Source: Octopus sinensis (taxonomy: Eukaryota). Taken from it: 60,118 bases of DNA. Shown in pieces: positions 26,193 to 39,462 of this stretch. The DNA lies in assembly GCF_006345805.1 (NCBI RefSeq), contig NW_021833112.1, positions 1 through 60,118 on the forward strand. Direction: 5' to 3'. Under the pieces are notes generated by a model, which saw only the letters and a program-made list of their open reading frames with translations, did no database searches and was not told the origin of the DNA. The stretch's first letter is position 1, and each line of letters begins with the position of its first letter. Made by a program: the position numbers and the translations under genes.

Positions 26193-27540
26193 AATCATTG
26201 CGATAGATAAAAAAATAATTATAATCTGGTATACTAACACAAGCATATATTTTTCATATATATTAAGGCAATATGCTAGGAATACAGAAGCTTGATAAAA
26301 GTGAAATGAGATAAACATTTACTAACCGGAAAATTCTCAGATGCAGTTCTTTCTAATTCAGCAAACGATATTTATTTGCCCAGGGAGAATTCATCATGAG
26401 ACTGTTTTTTGGATCCTAACTCACTAGAAGCATGTGCGTCTAATGAGTACTCTTCTACTAATCATATCTGACTAACGTCCAGGACAACACTAGGGAATTC
26501 TGGATATCGCCTGGCGCTCATAATTTATCGAGAAATATGTAACAATCAAATTGCGATAGAATATATTTAATCGCTGGTATTACTAACACAAGCCATATAT
26601 TTTTCATATATCAGTACATGCGAAATATGGCTAGGAATACAGAGCTTATATTAATAAGATCTTACTAAACCGGAAATTTCAACTGCAGTTTCTTTCATTC
26701 ACAAACAGATAATTATCAGGGAGAATTCATCATAGACCTGTTTTTCTGATCCTAACTCACGAGAAGATGTGTAATGAGTAACTAATCATATCACTGCGCA
26801 GAAACGTCCCGACACACTAGGGAATCTGGTTATCTGGCGCTCTAATTTATCGAGAAAATGTAAACAAATCATTGCGATAGATAAAAAAATAAATAACGAT
26901 GGACTAACACAAGTCATAATCAGTACATTAAGGCGAAATATGTGCTAGTACAGAAGCTGATAATTAAGTGAAATGAGATAAAAACATACTAACCGGAAAA
27001 TCTCAGACTGCGTTCTTTCTAATCAGCAACAAGATAATTATTTAGGGAGATTATCAGTGAGACCCTGTTTTTCTATGGGATCCTAACTCACAGAAGCATG
27101 TGCGTCTAATAGTTACTCTTCCTAATATCATAACTGCGCAGACTCCGAACGTCCCACATAGGGAATTTGGTATATCGCCTGGCGCTCATAATTTATCGAG
27201 AAATAGAACAAATCATTGCGATAGAATAAAAAATAATTATAATCGCTGGTATACTACACAAGCCATATATTTTTCATATATCAGTACATAAGGCGAAATA
27301 GCTAGGAATACAGAAGCTGATAAATTAAGTGAAATGAAGATAAAAACATTACTAAACCGAAACATTCTCAACTAGTTTCTTTCTAATTCAGCAAACAAGA
27401 TAATTTATTTGCCCGAGAATTCATCAGTGAGACCCTCTGGGATCTAATCATAGAAGCATGTGCGTCTAATGAGTTACTCTTCCTAACTAATCAATCACTG
27501 CGCAGACTACGAACGTCGACAACACTAGGGAATTCTGGTA
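26189..27540. repeat. Tandem array of 3.9 copies of a ~409-nt master unit, each copy carrying different short deletions
   Basis: Copies 26189-26540, 26541-26861, 26862-27206, 27207-27540 share collinear anchors (TTGCGATAG, CATATATTTTTCATATAT, GATCCTAACTCAC, TAGGGAAT, TAATTTATCGAGAAA). Confidence 0.95.
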
Positions 27541-27592
27541 TGTATGTCTGTATGTATATATATCTGTATGTATATATATATATATAATAATA

Positions 27593-27623
<31 letters not shown>

Positions 27624-27791
27624 ATACATACAGACACACACATAAATATATATATATACATACACACACACAAACATACACACACACACACACAGAGACA
27701 CACATATATATATATACATACATATAAAGGAACGTTTAATATTTCAGACGTCATTGATATTTATCGCAAACCACACCTTACTCACATCAGT

Positions 27792-27831
<40 letters not shown>

Positions 27832-28208
27832 TCACTTACACACATAATACTGTGTATGCATACATGTATGTTGGAAAGTATGCATATATTTAATTCTATA
27901 TGAATGTGTTTCTGTGTATGTTAGCTCATGTGCCTAAAAATGTGAGTGCAGGAGTGACCGTGAGCGCATCCCTCTTTATGTCTGTGCTACGTACATTTTA
28001 CACTATAATTAATGGAATATTTTATCGATAATATCACAAGACGTATACAGACGCTTCAAAATGTTACATAGACATACATATGAAAGCAGACACATAGATA
28101 CATACAGACACATACACACACACACACACAAGCACACACACACACACGTATACATTCACTGAAACACACTCCAGCAAATAGGCTCTCTCTCTACATTGTA
28201 GATACACA

Positions 28209-28273
<65 letters not shown>

Positions 28274-28380
28274 ATATATATGTATGTATATATATATCAC
28301 TATATATGTATCAATATAAATGTATAAATCAATATATATATATATACATATATATCAATATAAATGTATATGTATCAATA

Positions 28381-28448
<68 letters not shown>

Positions 28449-28470
28449 AGATATATATGTATGTATATAT

Positions 28471-28503
<33 letters not shown>

Positions 28504-29544
28504 CATATAGATATATACATGTATATACGTATATACATGTTGATATATATACTAATTCATACATAAGTTTATCCATAGGTATATATGTTTGTGTGCGTGC
28601 GAGTGAGTGCGTGTGCGTGAGTGTGTCCCTGTCTATTGATACACACACACACACGCACACATACAGGTGTACATACACACATTCAGTTTCTCTCTGAAAT
28701 ACAACAAATATCAAAAGTAAAAGATGAAAAACATTGAAAATATTATGAGTTCATTGAGTGCACTGACCTTCTGATATTTTTATTTTATCCAGTAAATAAA
28801 ACTTCTTTGAACTCCGTCAATATATTTATTGTCCTTCCCCATCTTGTCTCTCATTCGAATGTCCTCCTCCTTCTCCTCTCCTGTACCCTCCTTTTACTTG
28901 GCCCCCTTCCAATACATATACCTTAGTCGCTCTGTTTTTCCACATTATATTACGTCTTTGGTGATATACTTTAAGACATAGCAGCTAAATATTTCCCATA
29001 TCTCTACTTATGATCTGAGTAAATAAAGGACGTATTAAATAATGCAGTTCGTTATATAGCAAAATCTAAAAACAAATACAGAGGAGATGATCACGGTTGT
29101 AATGTCTTTGATCGTGTTTCATTTTGCTGCTGGGTGAGACGACAGGACTACCGCCATTGCACGCCCACTACATCCACCGTAGATATATATATATATCTTT
29201 GATCATACGGACGTTGGATTTGGCCTATCCTGAAGATAAATAAACACAATATACTGGACAAATAGCAAGTAGAAATATCCCTCCACTTAGTTTTTTTTTA
29301 GCTTGCTGAAATGACTGCCAAATATAGTTTAAAACTTTCTCCGTTGTTGCAAACATGAAAGACAATTTCCGACACGTTTTTCCAGGATACATTGATTGTT
29401 TCTATGTATGAAGGACTGAGTGATCAAAGCTGGGATATTTTTGATCTTAGAGTTGTTCAATCAGAACTTACCTGGGGCTAAGCAAGCAAACGACCAAACT
29501 TATAACAACAGTGACGACAACAACAACGTCAACAACAATAACAA

Positions 29545-30020
29545 GTGGAGGCGCAATGACCCAGTGGTTGGGCCTGCGGAGTCGCAGTCGTAAGAACGCA
29601 GTTTCGATTCCCAGACAGGACATTGTGAGTGTTTATTGAGCTAAGCTCCACGAGGTTCCGGTGGTGGGTGGTGGTGAACCCTGCCGTACTCTTTCACCAC
29701 AACTTTCTCTCTCTCTCTTTCTTCCTACTTCTGCCACAAAGCAGAGGAACCATGGTGTGGTAAACTTTCAGTCCCTAGTCTAGATTGCGAATTCTCTGTA
29801 CCCCGGGATGGTTCAGCTCTCCACCCGTTAAAAGTCACCGTTTACGGAATGAGGATAACAACGTAGCTTTCGTGCCCATGCAACCGCGAATCTATCGAGT
29901 GTGGTGGGTGGATCTTCAAGTTACCACACACATTCTTATCAGCTTAGAGTAGGCTCGAATTAGAGATTATTCTTTGTGGATAATGGCGTGTGTCCTGATT
30001 GGAAAAGAAGAAAAAGAAGA
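29545..30020 (+). mobile_element. Composite SINE (family-B-like head, distinct ~270-bp body, (AAG)n tail)
   Basis: Same structure as 41566-42115; preceded by (CAA)n. Confidence 0.85.
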
Positions 30021-30094
30021 CAACAACAACAACCACGAACGAAAGGAAAATAATTATTTTTTCCTACTCTAGACACAAGGCCAGAAACTTTGAA

Positions 30095-30256
30095 TTAGAT
30101 CAACCTCACTACGCAACTGGTACTTAATTTATCGATCCCGAAGGAATGAAAAGCAAAGTCGACTTCGGCGGAATTTGAAATCAGAACGTTAAGACAGACG
30201 AAATAGCGCTAAACATTTCGCCTGGCGTGCTAATACTTCTGCCAGCTCGCCACCTT
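30095..30256 (-). mobile_element. SINE family A-related copy
   Basis: Reverse complement has the AGGTGGCGAGCTGGCAGAAG head and the central CTTTTCATTCCTTCGGGATCGA domain. Confidence 0.8.
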
Positions 30257-30276
30257 ATTTGCAATAATTATTAATA

Positions 30277-30841
30277 TTTGGTTGTCCGGAAAGTTCGTGC
30301 CGATTTTTAAAAGAAATAAAATGGTCAATAAATACTTGCCATTGCATTTTTAATCAACCAAATATGAATCATTTTGTTGCACAATGGGACTCCATCTATC
30401 CATTAACTTGAAAATACCCTCTTCCAAAAAACGATGTGGTTTCATGGCAAAGAATACATCAAGGTATCTTTTTACATCATCCAAGGAATTGAAATGTTTA
30501 CCATTAAGACTATTCTGCAGAAACCTGAATAAATGGAAATCCGAAGGAGCAATATCTGGTGAATATGGAGGGTGGAGTAACACACCCAGTCGAACTGCAG
30601 CAATTGTTGTCTGGTTCCCAAAGCATCTAGTGCTGAAAATGAACTTTTTTATCTTCCATTTCAAAGGGTTACAGAATTAACACAGGTTATAGGAATAAAG
30701 ACCTTCTTCCATGAAAAGATAGCTTAAACTGTACTCTAAATGGAGGTGTAGTCAAATCATATTTTATGGACTCAACCATGTTGTAAAATAAGTCGAAATG
30801 TAAGCTAGTATAAATCGGCACGAACTTTCCGGACAACCCAA
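30277..30841 (-). mobile_element. Internally deleted mariner transposon with intact TIRs
   Basis: ~29-bp TIRs TTGGTTGTCCGGAAAGTTCGTGCCGATTT; transposase N-terminus MEDKKVHFQH*MLWE joined to C-terminus HPPYSPDIAPSDFHLF. Confidence 0.92.
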
Positions 30842-32495
30842 AACTTCGTCGTTGTCGTTTGGCCCCAAGTGAACCATGCTGGTGCAAGAATCTGATCATA
30901 GGTAAGCCATCTCTGACCGAACTGTCCAGTCTCCCTATTTACATTCAAGTGTGAACCACAACACCCGGCGTGTGCTTTCAGTTACAGATGGAGATTTAGC
31001 CGCTACTTTACCACGTTGCGACAACTATACTGACGCTCCCTCAGTGTCTCGTTAACTCTTTATTTACTATTGTCAAGATAGATTGTTTTCTTCCACAGCT
31101 GTGCCAAGTCAACCTTCATCTCCGTTACTCCCTCTCACTCTTTCTTCTTTCATTTTCTGTTTTTCTTTATATCTTTCCGCTTTCCTTACGCTAATTATGA
31201 ATTAGCATCAATACCTAATGACGCATTATCGTCTCCACTTCTGTGTTTTGTTTTCTATTTCTCCCCGTCTGTTTGTCTGCCACACTGTCTATCTGTCTGC
31301 CTGTCTGTCTCCTCACCTTATTTTTCTCCTTCCTATCGCTAAAAAATACTGCTCTCTATCTATCCATCAGTTGGCCGTTACTCAGCCGTTTCGATTGTCC
31401 TTTCTCGCTATTTACACCTTCTAATTCACTATCTTCTTCTCCACCACTCCTTTATTCTATCATCCTGCATAATTTTCTCTTTCCTCTTCCTGTCTCCTTT
31501 GTCCTCACCCTGTTGCTCGCATTTTCTCATTCATTTTACTATCACTACAATTCTCATGGTCTTTCACTATCACTACAATTCTCATGGTCTTTCTCACCCG
31601 ATCATTTTTAATATTCTTCTATTTCTTCAATAACCATTACCACATCTACAATACCCCTTACTTCCCTATGTTTTTTGTACTATCTTACATTTTATTCTAT
31701 TGATTATCCACTTTCTTAATACCCTCTATGTTTTAACTCCTCTCTACTTCTTCACATAACCCACATTTCCGTCAATGCTATTTATTGGTACTTGTTATTC
31801 ATTGCTGTCTATTATAGGGTTTTATTTTCATGCTCTGTTTGTATCATTTCCAATACAGCCTAGATCTTTGTGCTTAGACATAATTTTGTGTCACAAATGG
31901 TTCGCTGCTATGCCACAAACTGTTACGGTGTGTTGTAAATACAAAGACACTTAAAAAACAAATCTGGTATGTTTTTTCTTCTCATGTACCGCATCAGTGC
32001 ATTTCCATCGGATCAGAAAATTGCAAGGTCTGCTTCCATCCCAATTTTAAACCACTTTTATAAATTCCTTTTATAATTCCTTTTATCTTCATATAATAAA
32101 ACCCTTTCATAAAACTAATGGTATCCTGTATTCCTCTTCATATCTGATTCGTAATGCCATGCATTGAAATTTTAAAAAATCGCTGCAACACACAAATTAT
32201 TATTGTAACTTGTTTTCATATGCCACAATACTTCACATATGCATGCACATACACAATATTCACATTTATAACTGACGTCCTTGTAATTTGCTTTCAAATG
32301 TCGTTGATTATGAGTCTTTTTGATAAGATCGGTTTTTCATGAGACCTGTTCGTGTTGACATACATCCGGGAGACATTATTCTCAGAATTGATCGTGATGG
32401 CTATTAGACCGCTTAGCATTTCCATTCACACCTTGATTATGCTTTCTAATTTTATTTTAGTTGTCAAGTATCAATCAATTATTATTATTATTATT

Positions 32496-33005
32496 TTTTT
32501 TTTTTCTTCTTTCAAATTTTCTTCCATTTCTTGCCGAGTGTCTTCCCGACTCCTAGGGCAAAGAAACTCATAGTGTATATTGGTAGGCCATTAAACCAAA
32601 CTCAGTAGTTCGTTCATTTTTTTTTTTTTTTAAATTTTTTTTTAAAGTTAAATTAAAATACATGAGCAGCAACAGTTCTCACATCGACAATGCTCTTCTC
32701 AATACGTGTGATGTACCAGTTAAGACAATCTTTTGCACTTCTTGCAGGGATGGTAAGCCAGGGATCATTCTCATATAATTTTCGGTTCCCTTCTTGATCA
32801 TTCCTAGTGCTCCTACGATCACTGGTATTGTAACCGCCTTGAGATGCCACATTTTCTCAATTTCAATGAGTAGGTCTTTATATTTTCTGAGCTTGTCAAA
32901 CTCTTTCGCTGAGATATTATGATCACAGGGGATGCTCATGTCGATCAATAAGCAAACTTTATTGTTTTGGTCTTTCACAACAATATCTGGTTTATTGGCC
33001 TTGAT
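32496..33005 (-). mobile_element. R4/Dong-like LINE 3' fragment (restriction-like endonuclease domain)
   Basis: IKANKPDIVVKDQNNKVCLLIDMSIP...KLRKYKDL...PVIVGALG...QKIVLTGTSHVLRRAL; ends at (TAA)n. Confidence 0.88.
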
Positions 33006-33074
33006 GAGAAAGTGGGAATGAACTCGGTACCATGTGGTTGGTAAGCAAGCTACTTACCACACATTCACTCACAG

Positions 33075-33320
33075 TAGAGGCGCGTGGATTAGTGGTTAAG
33101 GTGTTGGACTTATGATCGTATGATTGTGATTTCGATTCCTGGACCGGGTGATGCATTGTGTACTTGAACAAAACATTTCATTTCACGTTGCTCCAGTTCA
33201 CTCAGCTGGCAAAAGTGAGGAATCCTGCTGTCGCCAAGCGTCCCATATAGGTGAGGAATGTATACACCTTTGAAACCAGGAAACCGGCCCTCATCAGCTT
33301 GGCATGGTTCAAGAAGGAAA
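33075..33320 (+). mobile_element. tRNA-derived SINE family C
   Basis: GAGGCGCGTGG.TTAGTGGTTA..TTTCGATTCC head shared with 37345-37462; tail GGCATGG.TC.AGAAGGAA as in family B. Confidence 0.8.
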
Positions 33321-33371
33321 TATTTATTATTATTATTATATATACATATATATATATATAATATATATATA

Positions 33372-33442
<71 letters not shown>

Positions 33443-33696
33443 TATTACTTTTATGTTGAACTGTCATATGTCCAACTGCATTTGACCAAATGCGTATATT
33501 TTTCAATATTTGTTTTTGCTTGCAATAGCCTATTCTTTTGGTCAAACTATCGTATCTCCAGCTGGTTCAGATGTGAAGTTTTCAATAATTGTCAAAGAGT
33601 AGTGCAATGGTTTTTCTCTGAAATGGTGGAGCTATTTTTTTCGTCTTCTGAAAAAGCAACATTTTGGACTAACATTATTGCATAATAGCAACGATA

Positions 33697-34912
33697 TATT
33701 TAAGGCGAGTGAAAAGTAAGCATGCATCAAAAATTCGTCATAAAATCCATATCCATTTTACAAATTTTTAGAAACAAAAGATACGTGTTCTTTATTACAT
33801 GGGAAAATGAATGTAAATCTTCATTTTCAACGTAAGCACTGGTGGTGTCAACTATTTTCCTCAAACGGCCAGGGATGGTCTGAATAGCCTTCTGAAGGAC
33901 GTCGTCTGGGATATCACTGAGAACCTCCTCAATCCGAATCTGCATGTCCTCCAGTGTGCGAGGTTTCGTCTTGTACACCTCTTTTTTGTGTAGCCCCACA
34001 GGTAAGCATCCCATGGAGTGAGATCTGGAGTTCTTAGAGTTTTAGGCTTCTTGATTGATGCTATTAGTCTTCAGGTTTTAGCTCTTGTGCGTCATGCAGT
34101 TTCCACGGATGAAAATTCAATTCGTTATGCAACACCCTACGTATTCTGGAGGCATATGGTCAAGTGGTTAGAGCAACAGATTCGGGGTCGAGGGACCGAG
34201 GATTCGAATCTCAGACCGGGCGATGTGTGTGTTTATGATCGAAACACCTAAGCTGCAGGCGGCTCCGGCAAAAGGTAATGGCGAACCTCTGCTGACCCTT
34301 TCGCCACAAATTTCTTTCACTCTTTCCTCCTGCATCTTGCAGCTCACCTGCGACGGACCGGCGTCCCGTCCAGATGGGGAGCCTATACACCAAGGAAACT
34401 GGGAAAACCGGCCCTTATGAGCCAGGCATGGCTCGAGAAGGAACCCTACGTATTGTGTGTTTAGTTAGTCCACTTTCACGAGCTGCTTGACGTGTTGATT
34501 TTTGCGGGCTGCGATTATATACTTCCTGCACTGTGGCCACGTTTTCTGCTAATCGAAATGTGGTTGGTCAGCCACTTTTTCTTGCATCGTTCACAGAGCC
34601 CGTGGTCATCAGCATTGCATAACAACTTTTTATTGCCTCCGGGCGTAGTGTCGCATTCGTACCTTTCTTATCAAACCAGCATCTCTGAAACAAAACAATG
34701 GAATTCCACACTTCATAGCAGGCTGCTATCTTAGCTCGCTCTTGAACAGTCAAGCGACCAGCCATCTGTAAAATAAGAAATAAGAAATAAGAAATAAGGC
34801 AATATGAATATAAAAAATCCCCGTTGATGTTGTCTGTGTGTTCGTCATGACTTCGGTAGTACTAAAAGTTCTATAAGCAATTTCTAATGCCTAGTTACTT
34901 TCCACCCACCCT

Positions 34913-34915
<3 letters not shown>
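33697..34915 (-). mobile_element. Defective Tc1/mariner-superfamily transposon (DUF4817-type N-terminus)
   Basis: N-terminus MAGRLTVQERAKIAA...TTGSVNDARKSG; C-terminus RTPDLTPWDAYLWG..KEVYKTKPRTLED; degenerate TIRs near 33700-33726 and 34886-34912. Confidence 0.82.
34146..34443 (+). mobile_element. SINE family B nested in the transposon
   Basis: 12-bp TSD ACCCTACGTATT on both sides. Confidence 0.92.
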
Positions 34916-34995
<80 letters not shown>

Positions 34996-36966
34996 GTATG
35001 TATGTATGTATGTATGTATGTATGTATGTATGTATGTATGTATGTATGTATGTATGTATGTATGTATATACATACATGTACCTATAATATATACATACAC
35101 ACATACAACGAGCTTCATTCAGTTTCTGTTTACTAAATCCCTTCACAAATCTCCTGAAACTTCTCCGGAAAATTTTGGATAGAACATTTGTCTCTTCGCA
35201 CCTACTACGTCAGAGACAGTCTCCATTGTTTTTTAAAAAAACTGTTATTCAGTCATTACATTACCTAGTGTGCTGAGCTAACTTAGTGACCTTGCTTCCG
35301 GAATCATAATCTAATTTTTCAAAATTCCGCAGAGGATGACTTTGCCTTTCATCGTTTCGGGTCCGATAAATAAAGACCAGCTGTGCAATGGGGTCGATGT
35401 AATCTACTTAACTACTTCCCTTAATATTACTCCATTTGTGCCAACAATAAGGATGAGTTAATAGATCGGGCTAAAAAGGCTGCCCGTTGGTAAAACTATT
35501 AGCGCGCTAGAGAAAGTGATTAGCGACATTAATCGTTCGAGCACTAGTAGCAATGCTGTCGATCATCTCATTCCCACCAAATTCTACGCGTTGTACACCA
35601 AAGTTAGGAAGGATTACCACCTCAGGTAATGCTGAATGCTTTGCGTTATTTTCCCTGACGTATTACGTTGTGAGTTCACATCCCGCTACAATCGATTTAT
35701 GAATTTTCTGACTTTCATAATTTGATATAGTAAATTCCAACCAAGAGTCGGGGGTGATGTAGTTGATTTGCTCGCCCCCTTGAGAATTTCTCTGCATGTA
35801 CCAAAATTAGAAAGACTGGCAGAATAGTTAGAGCTTTGGAAAAAGTTGCCTAGCGTTAGGTGAAATAACATAGCTTTTATCGTATCTTTATAGAACACAT
35901 TATTATCTTTTAATTTAGAAATAGATATTTCAAATATTTACTGAAGGATGCTTCAAATAAATATTATAGGAACATAAAAAATAAAAAATAAAAAAAAAGA
36001 TTTATTTCAGGAAAATAATTGGCTAAACTGGTTTATATATTTTAAAATTTACTGATTTTGTAATTTCCTCTCTAGAGAAGAATTTATATAAGCAGTTTAT
36101 AGCTTCTCCAGATATAAACAATGTCGACATTGGTTTTTGACTCTTGCACAAAATCGCATATTAGCGTAAATTGAATTATTTGTTTACTGTATTTGATAAG
36201 GTAATACATCATTGACCTCGAGAGATTGAACTGTTAAGTTTTTCTCAGTAGAATTCGAAATGTAAAAGTGTAAAATAAATACATCATTCCTTTCTTATCA
36301 TGAGCACGTAAATCAGCGACAAACAAAACACTAATGGAAATACACAGTCTTAACACTTCCCAACAGATTCGAAAGTGAATTTATTATCGAGTGTGCATAC
36401 ATAACCAAGCATCAGCAAATAATTGTTTGCTGAAATTATGAATAGAAATCACCCAAAATCTTCTTTAAATCAGTGATTCGGTTGGAACTTTGACCGAAGA
36501 GAAAGAATCATTTCGAAACCTCGGTGTTTCAGAAACTCCCTCAGGCGATCCTGAATCGACTCTGTTGTAACTCTATTCCGTTTGAAACGCGGATTTTGTT
36601 CTCCGAAGGCGAAATAATATGGCGACTAGCATATTCCTGTTGAAATCTGTCTAAGCATGTTTTGATTGATCGATCTTGCGGAATTTATTACGTGTCCACG
36701 TCACGTAACTGCACACCTAGCAGAGATAGTGTACAATCTTGTATACACACACACACAGGTACACAAACACACAGGTACACAAACACACATGTACACACGC
36801 ATGCATACACGCATGCATACACGCACATGCTCGTTGCAGCCAGAGCAAACACTCCTGCAATACGAACATACATATGCATACACACGTATTTATACCCATA
36901 TGTGTGTGTGTGTGTATTTGTGTGTATATGTTCGTACGCTTGAGTATATTTGTCTGTCTTCGTGTT

Positions 36967-36997
<31 letters not shown>

Positions 36998-37344
36998 GTG
37001 TATGTGTGTGTGTGTATGTGTGTGAGTGTGTGTGTGTGCAGTGTATTAAGGCTCAAAGTTTAAGTAGTTTGCTTCGCATTCTATGACAACTTGCGCATGC
37101 GTCATTTTCTCCTACTTCGTGTCGCTCCATCTTGTGAAACAAATTGATCAGACAAAACTGTACGGAAGTCCATAAGATCGATCATTCCTATAATTCACAA
37201 GATGCAACCTCTTCATAGAATATTATTCGAAATCAACTTGCGGAATTTATTACGTGTCCACGTCACGTAATTGCAGATTACGCCTATACTTAAACGTCAA
37301 TACAGTAAGAGGATATTCACGTCATCAAAGCAATACAAATCCAC

Positions 37345-37462
37345 GTGGAGGCGCGTGGCTTAGTGGTTAGGGTGTTGGACTCATGATCGTAAGATTGTGG
37401 TTTCGATTCCTGGACCGGGTGATGCGTTGTGTTCTTGAGCAAAACATTTAATTTCACGTTGC
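37345..37462 (+). mobile_element. SINE family C, 5' part
   Basis: Matches the 33075 head. Confidence 0.8.
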
Positions 37463-37999
37463 TTAAGAAAAATATCCCCTTGTGGGCAGTAAAGAAATAA
37501 GCAATACATTTCCACATTGCCGTACGGTGGAGATTCATCTCTGCGCATGTATGATCTATGTTTTTGTGTCAATATATGTATATATTTGTGTGTGCGTATA
37601 CTGTGCGTGTGTATATTATGTGTGACTCTATATTTATAACTATGTGTATAAAATTGTGGATTTAAAGGTATTAAGAATATCACTTGAATGAACTCAACTG
37701 TATACTTACATTAGCAATTGCAATTAATTGTGCCTATCTTAATAAACCCTTGGGCGGCAAATTGGCCGAATCGTTGGATCATTGGATAGAGTGCGTTGCT
37801 GTATTTCATCCAGCTTCCTATGTGATCTGCTTTCAAATCTAGTCGAAGTCAAATTTGAATCTCGTTATTACAGATTCGATAAATAAAAATTCTGTTTAGA
37901 GTGATAAACTGGTGAAATTGTTATAGCCGCGAATGCGATGTCCTATAGTTTGTATCCAGGCTAATTTCCGTCTGATTTTTCAAGATACATTCCACAAGT

Positions 38000-38720
38000 T
38001 TTCAGACTTTATCAGGCAATGCATTTAGTAATTTCATACAAAAATCTAACATGTTTCAAAGTAGGGTCCTCTGCATTTGTTTCAACGCTCTGGTTAATTT
38101 GTGAAGATTCTATAGGAGTTCTCTAAAGTAAATGCGTCCATGACCCTTGTCACAGCCACTTTCATCTTCAAATTGACTGCTCCAGAAGTTCTCCTTCTAT
38201 GTGATGAACAAACAAAATCTCAGTGATGGTAGGGCCAGCTTTGATTCCTATCCCTGTGAAGTAGTTGGTTACCAGGATGCTCATCACTGCACATTCTAGG
38301 AACAAATTTTGCACAAATTTTGCACAAGTTCAGATCTGCATTAACTCCGTGCACAGTTGCCACATCAATTTCAAATTGTAAGCTTCGTGTCTTTATAGAC
38401 ATACAACGGTCTTCACCCAGAAAATTACGAATTCTCTGAACCAATCTGATGTTTTGACGATGCTTTCCCTCACACACCACTCATCGATTCTCACATCCTA
38501 TCTACTACCCTTAAATGCCTTGTGCCTGCGATAAATATTAATCTATATGTGGTCTGGAGCATTTCGTGAACTTTTGTAGCATTTTGGCCAAGGTTATAAC
38601 ACAAAATGGTATTGCTTAGCGATCTTTCACACATCACAACTGCATTCTGCAAACTAGTCAACTGTCCCGATTAGTTTTTCGTAGGATGTATTCAAAGCGC
38701 TGCCACAACCGTCTCCTGCA
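38000..38720 (-). mobile_element. Degenerate mariner transposase relic
   Basis: EDRCMSIK...VATVH...LCKICAKFVPRM resembles the mariner second HTH plus WVPHEL-equivalent motif; boundaries approximate. Confidence 0.65.
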
Positions 38721-39175
38721 AACTGGAATAGCAAAAGTCCGCAGATCGGCATACAGACGTTTGGTAATGATGCAGTAAAATTACAATTATCTAGAACAAT
38801 TATAACTGTCTCGTTATGATAAATCACATATGTTCTAGAATGTACCTCATAAATCCGGTTTTGGCTTCTATGTATGATAGATTTAATACGTTGCTCGATT
38901 TAAGAACTCTTTTTCTTCGGATAACTTTAGCCGAGTTCAATTATTTAAAAGTAGTAAATCAGATCTATGTATGAAGATTCTTTTCCGACTAGCAGCAAAC
39001 TCACAGGCCGTGTAAAGTACCATGAGCACTCCCTTCACTATTGACGAAGTTATATTAATAGTTCAGAGTAGGGTAGCCTGGGAATTTAATGAGCATGGTT
39101 GGATCGTATGTAGGAGACTTTTTGGCGCAGCTGTAATGGAGCAGGCTATATATTTTTATGCGTCCTTTTCAAGCC

Positions 39176-39462
39176 TAATCAGGCTCATGGGTCCGCTTTC
39201 CCGGTTTCTGTGGCGTATGTGTTCCCCCCAGCTGGACGGGACGCCAGTCCATCGCAGCGTTACTCAAGAAACAGGAAGAGAGAGTGAGAGTAATTTGGGG
39301 CGAAAGAATACAACATGGGTCGCCACCAACCCCTGCCGGAGCCTCGTGGAGCTTTATGAGGTTTCGCTCAATAAACACACATAACGCCCGGTCTGGGAAT
39401 CGAAGCAACGATCCCTCGACTGCGAGTCCGCTGCCCTAACCACTGGACCATTGCGTCTCCAC
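39176..39462 (-). mobile_element. SINE family B variant
   Basis: Reverse complement head GTGGAGACGCAATGGTCCAGTGGTTAGGGCAGCGGACTCGCAGTC. Confidence 0.85.

Noticed and set aside
26189-27540. Cloning-vector origin suggested by several 6-bp restriction sites (GAATTC, GGATCC, AAGCTT, CTGCAG)
   Set aside because: Sites are dispersed rather than a polylinker and no vector sequence is recognisable; not fully excludable without a search
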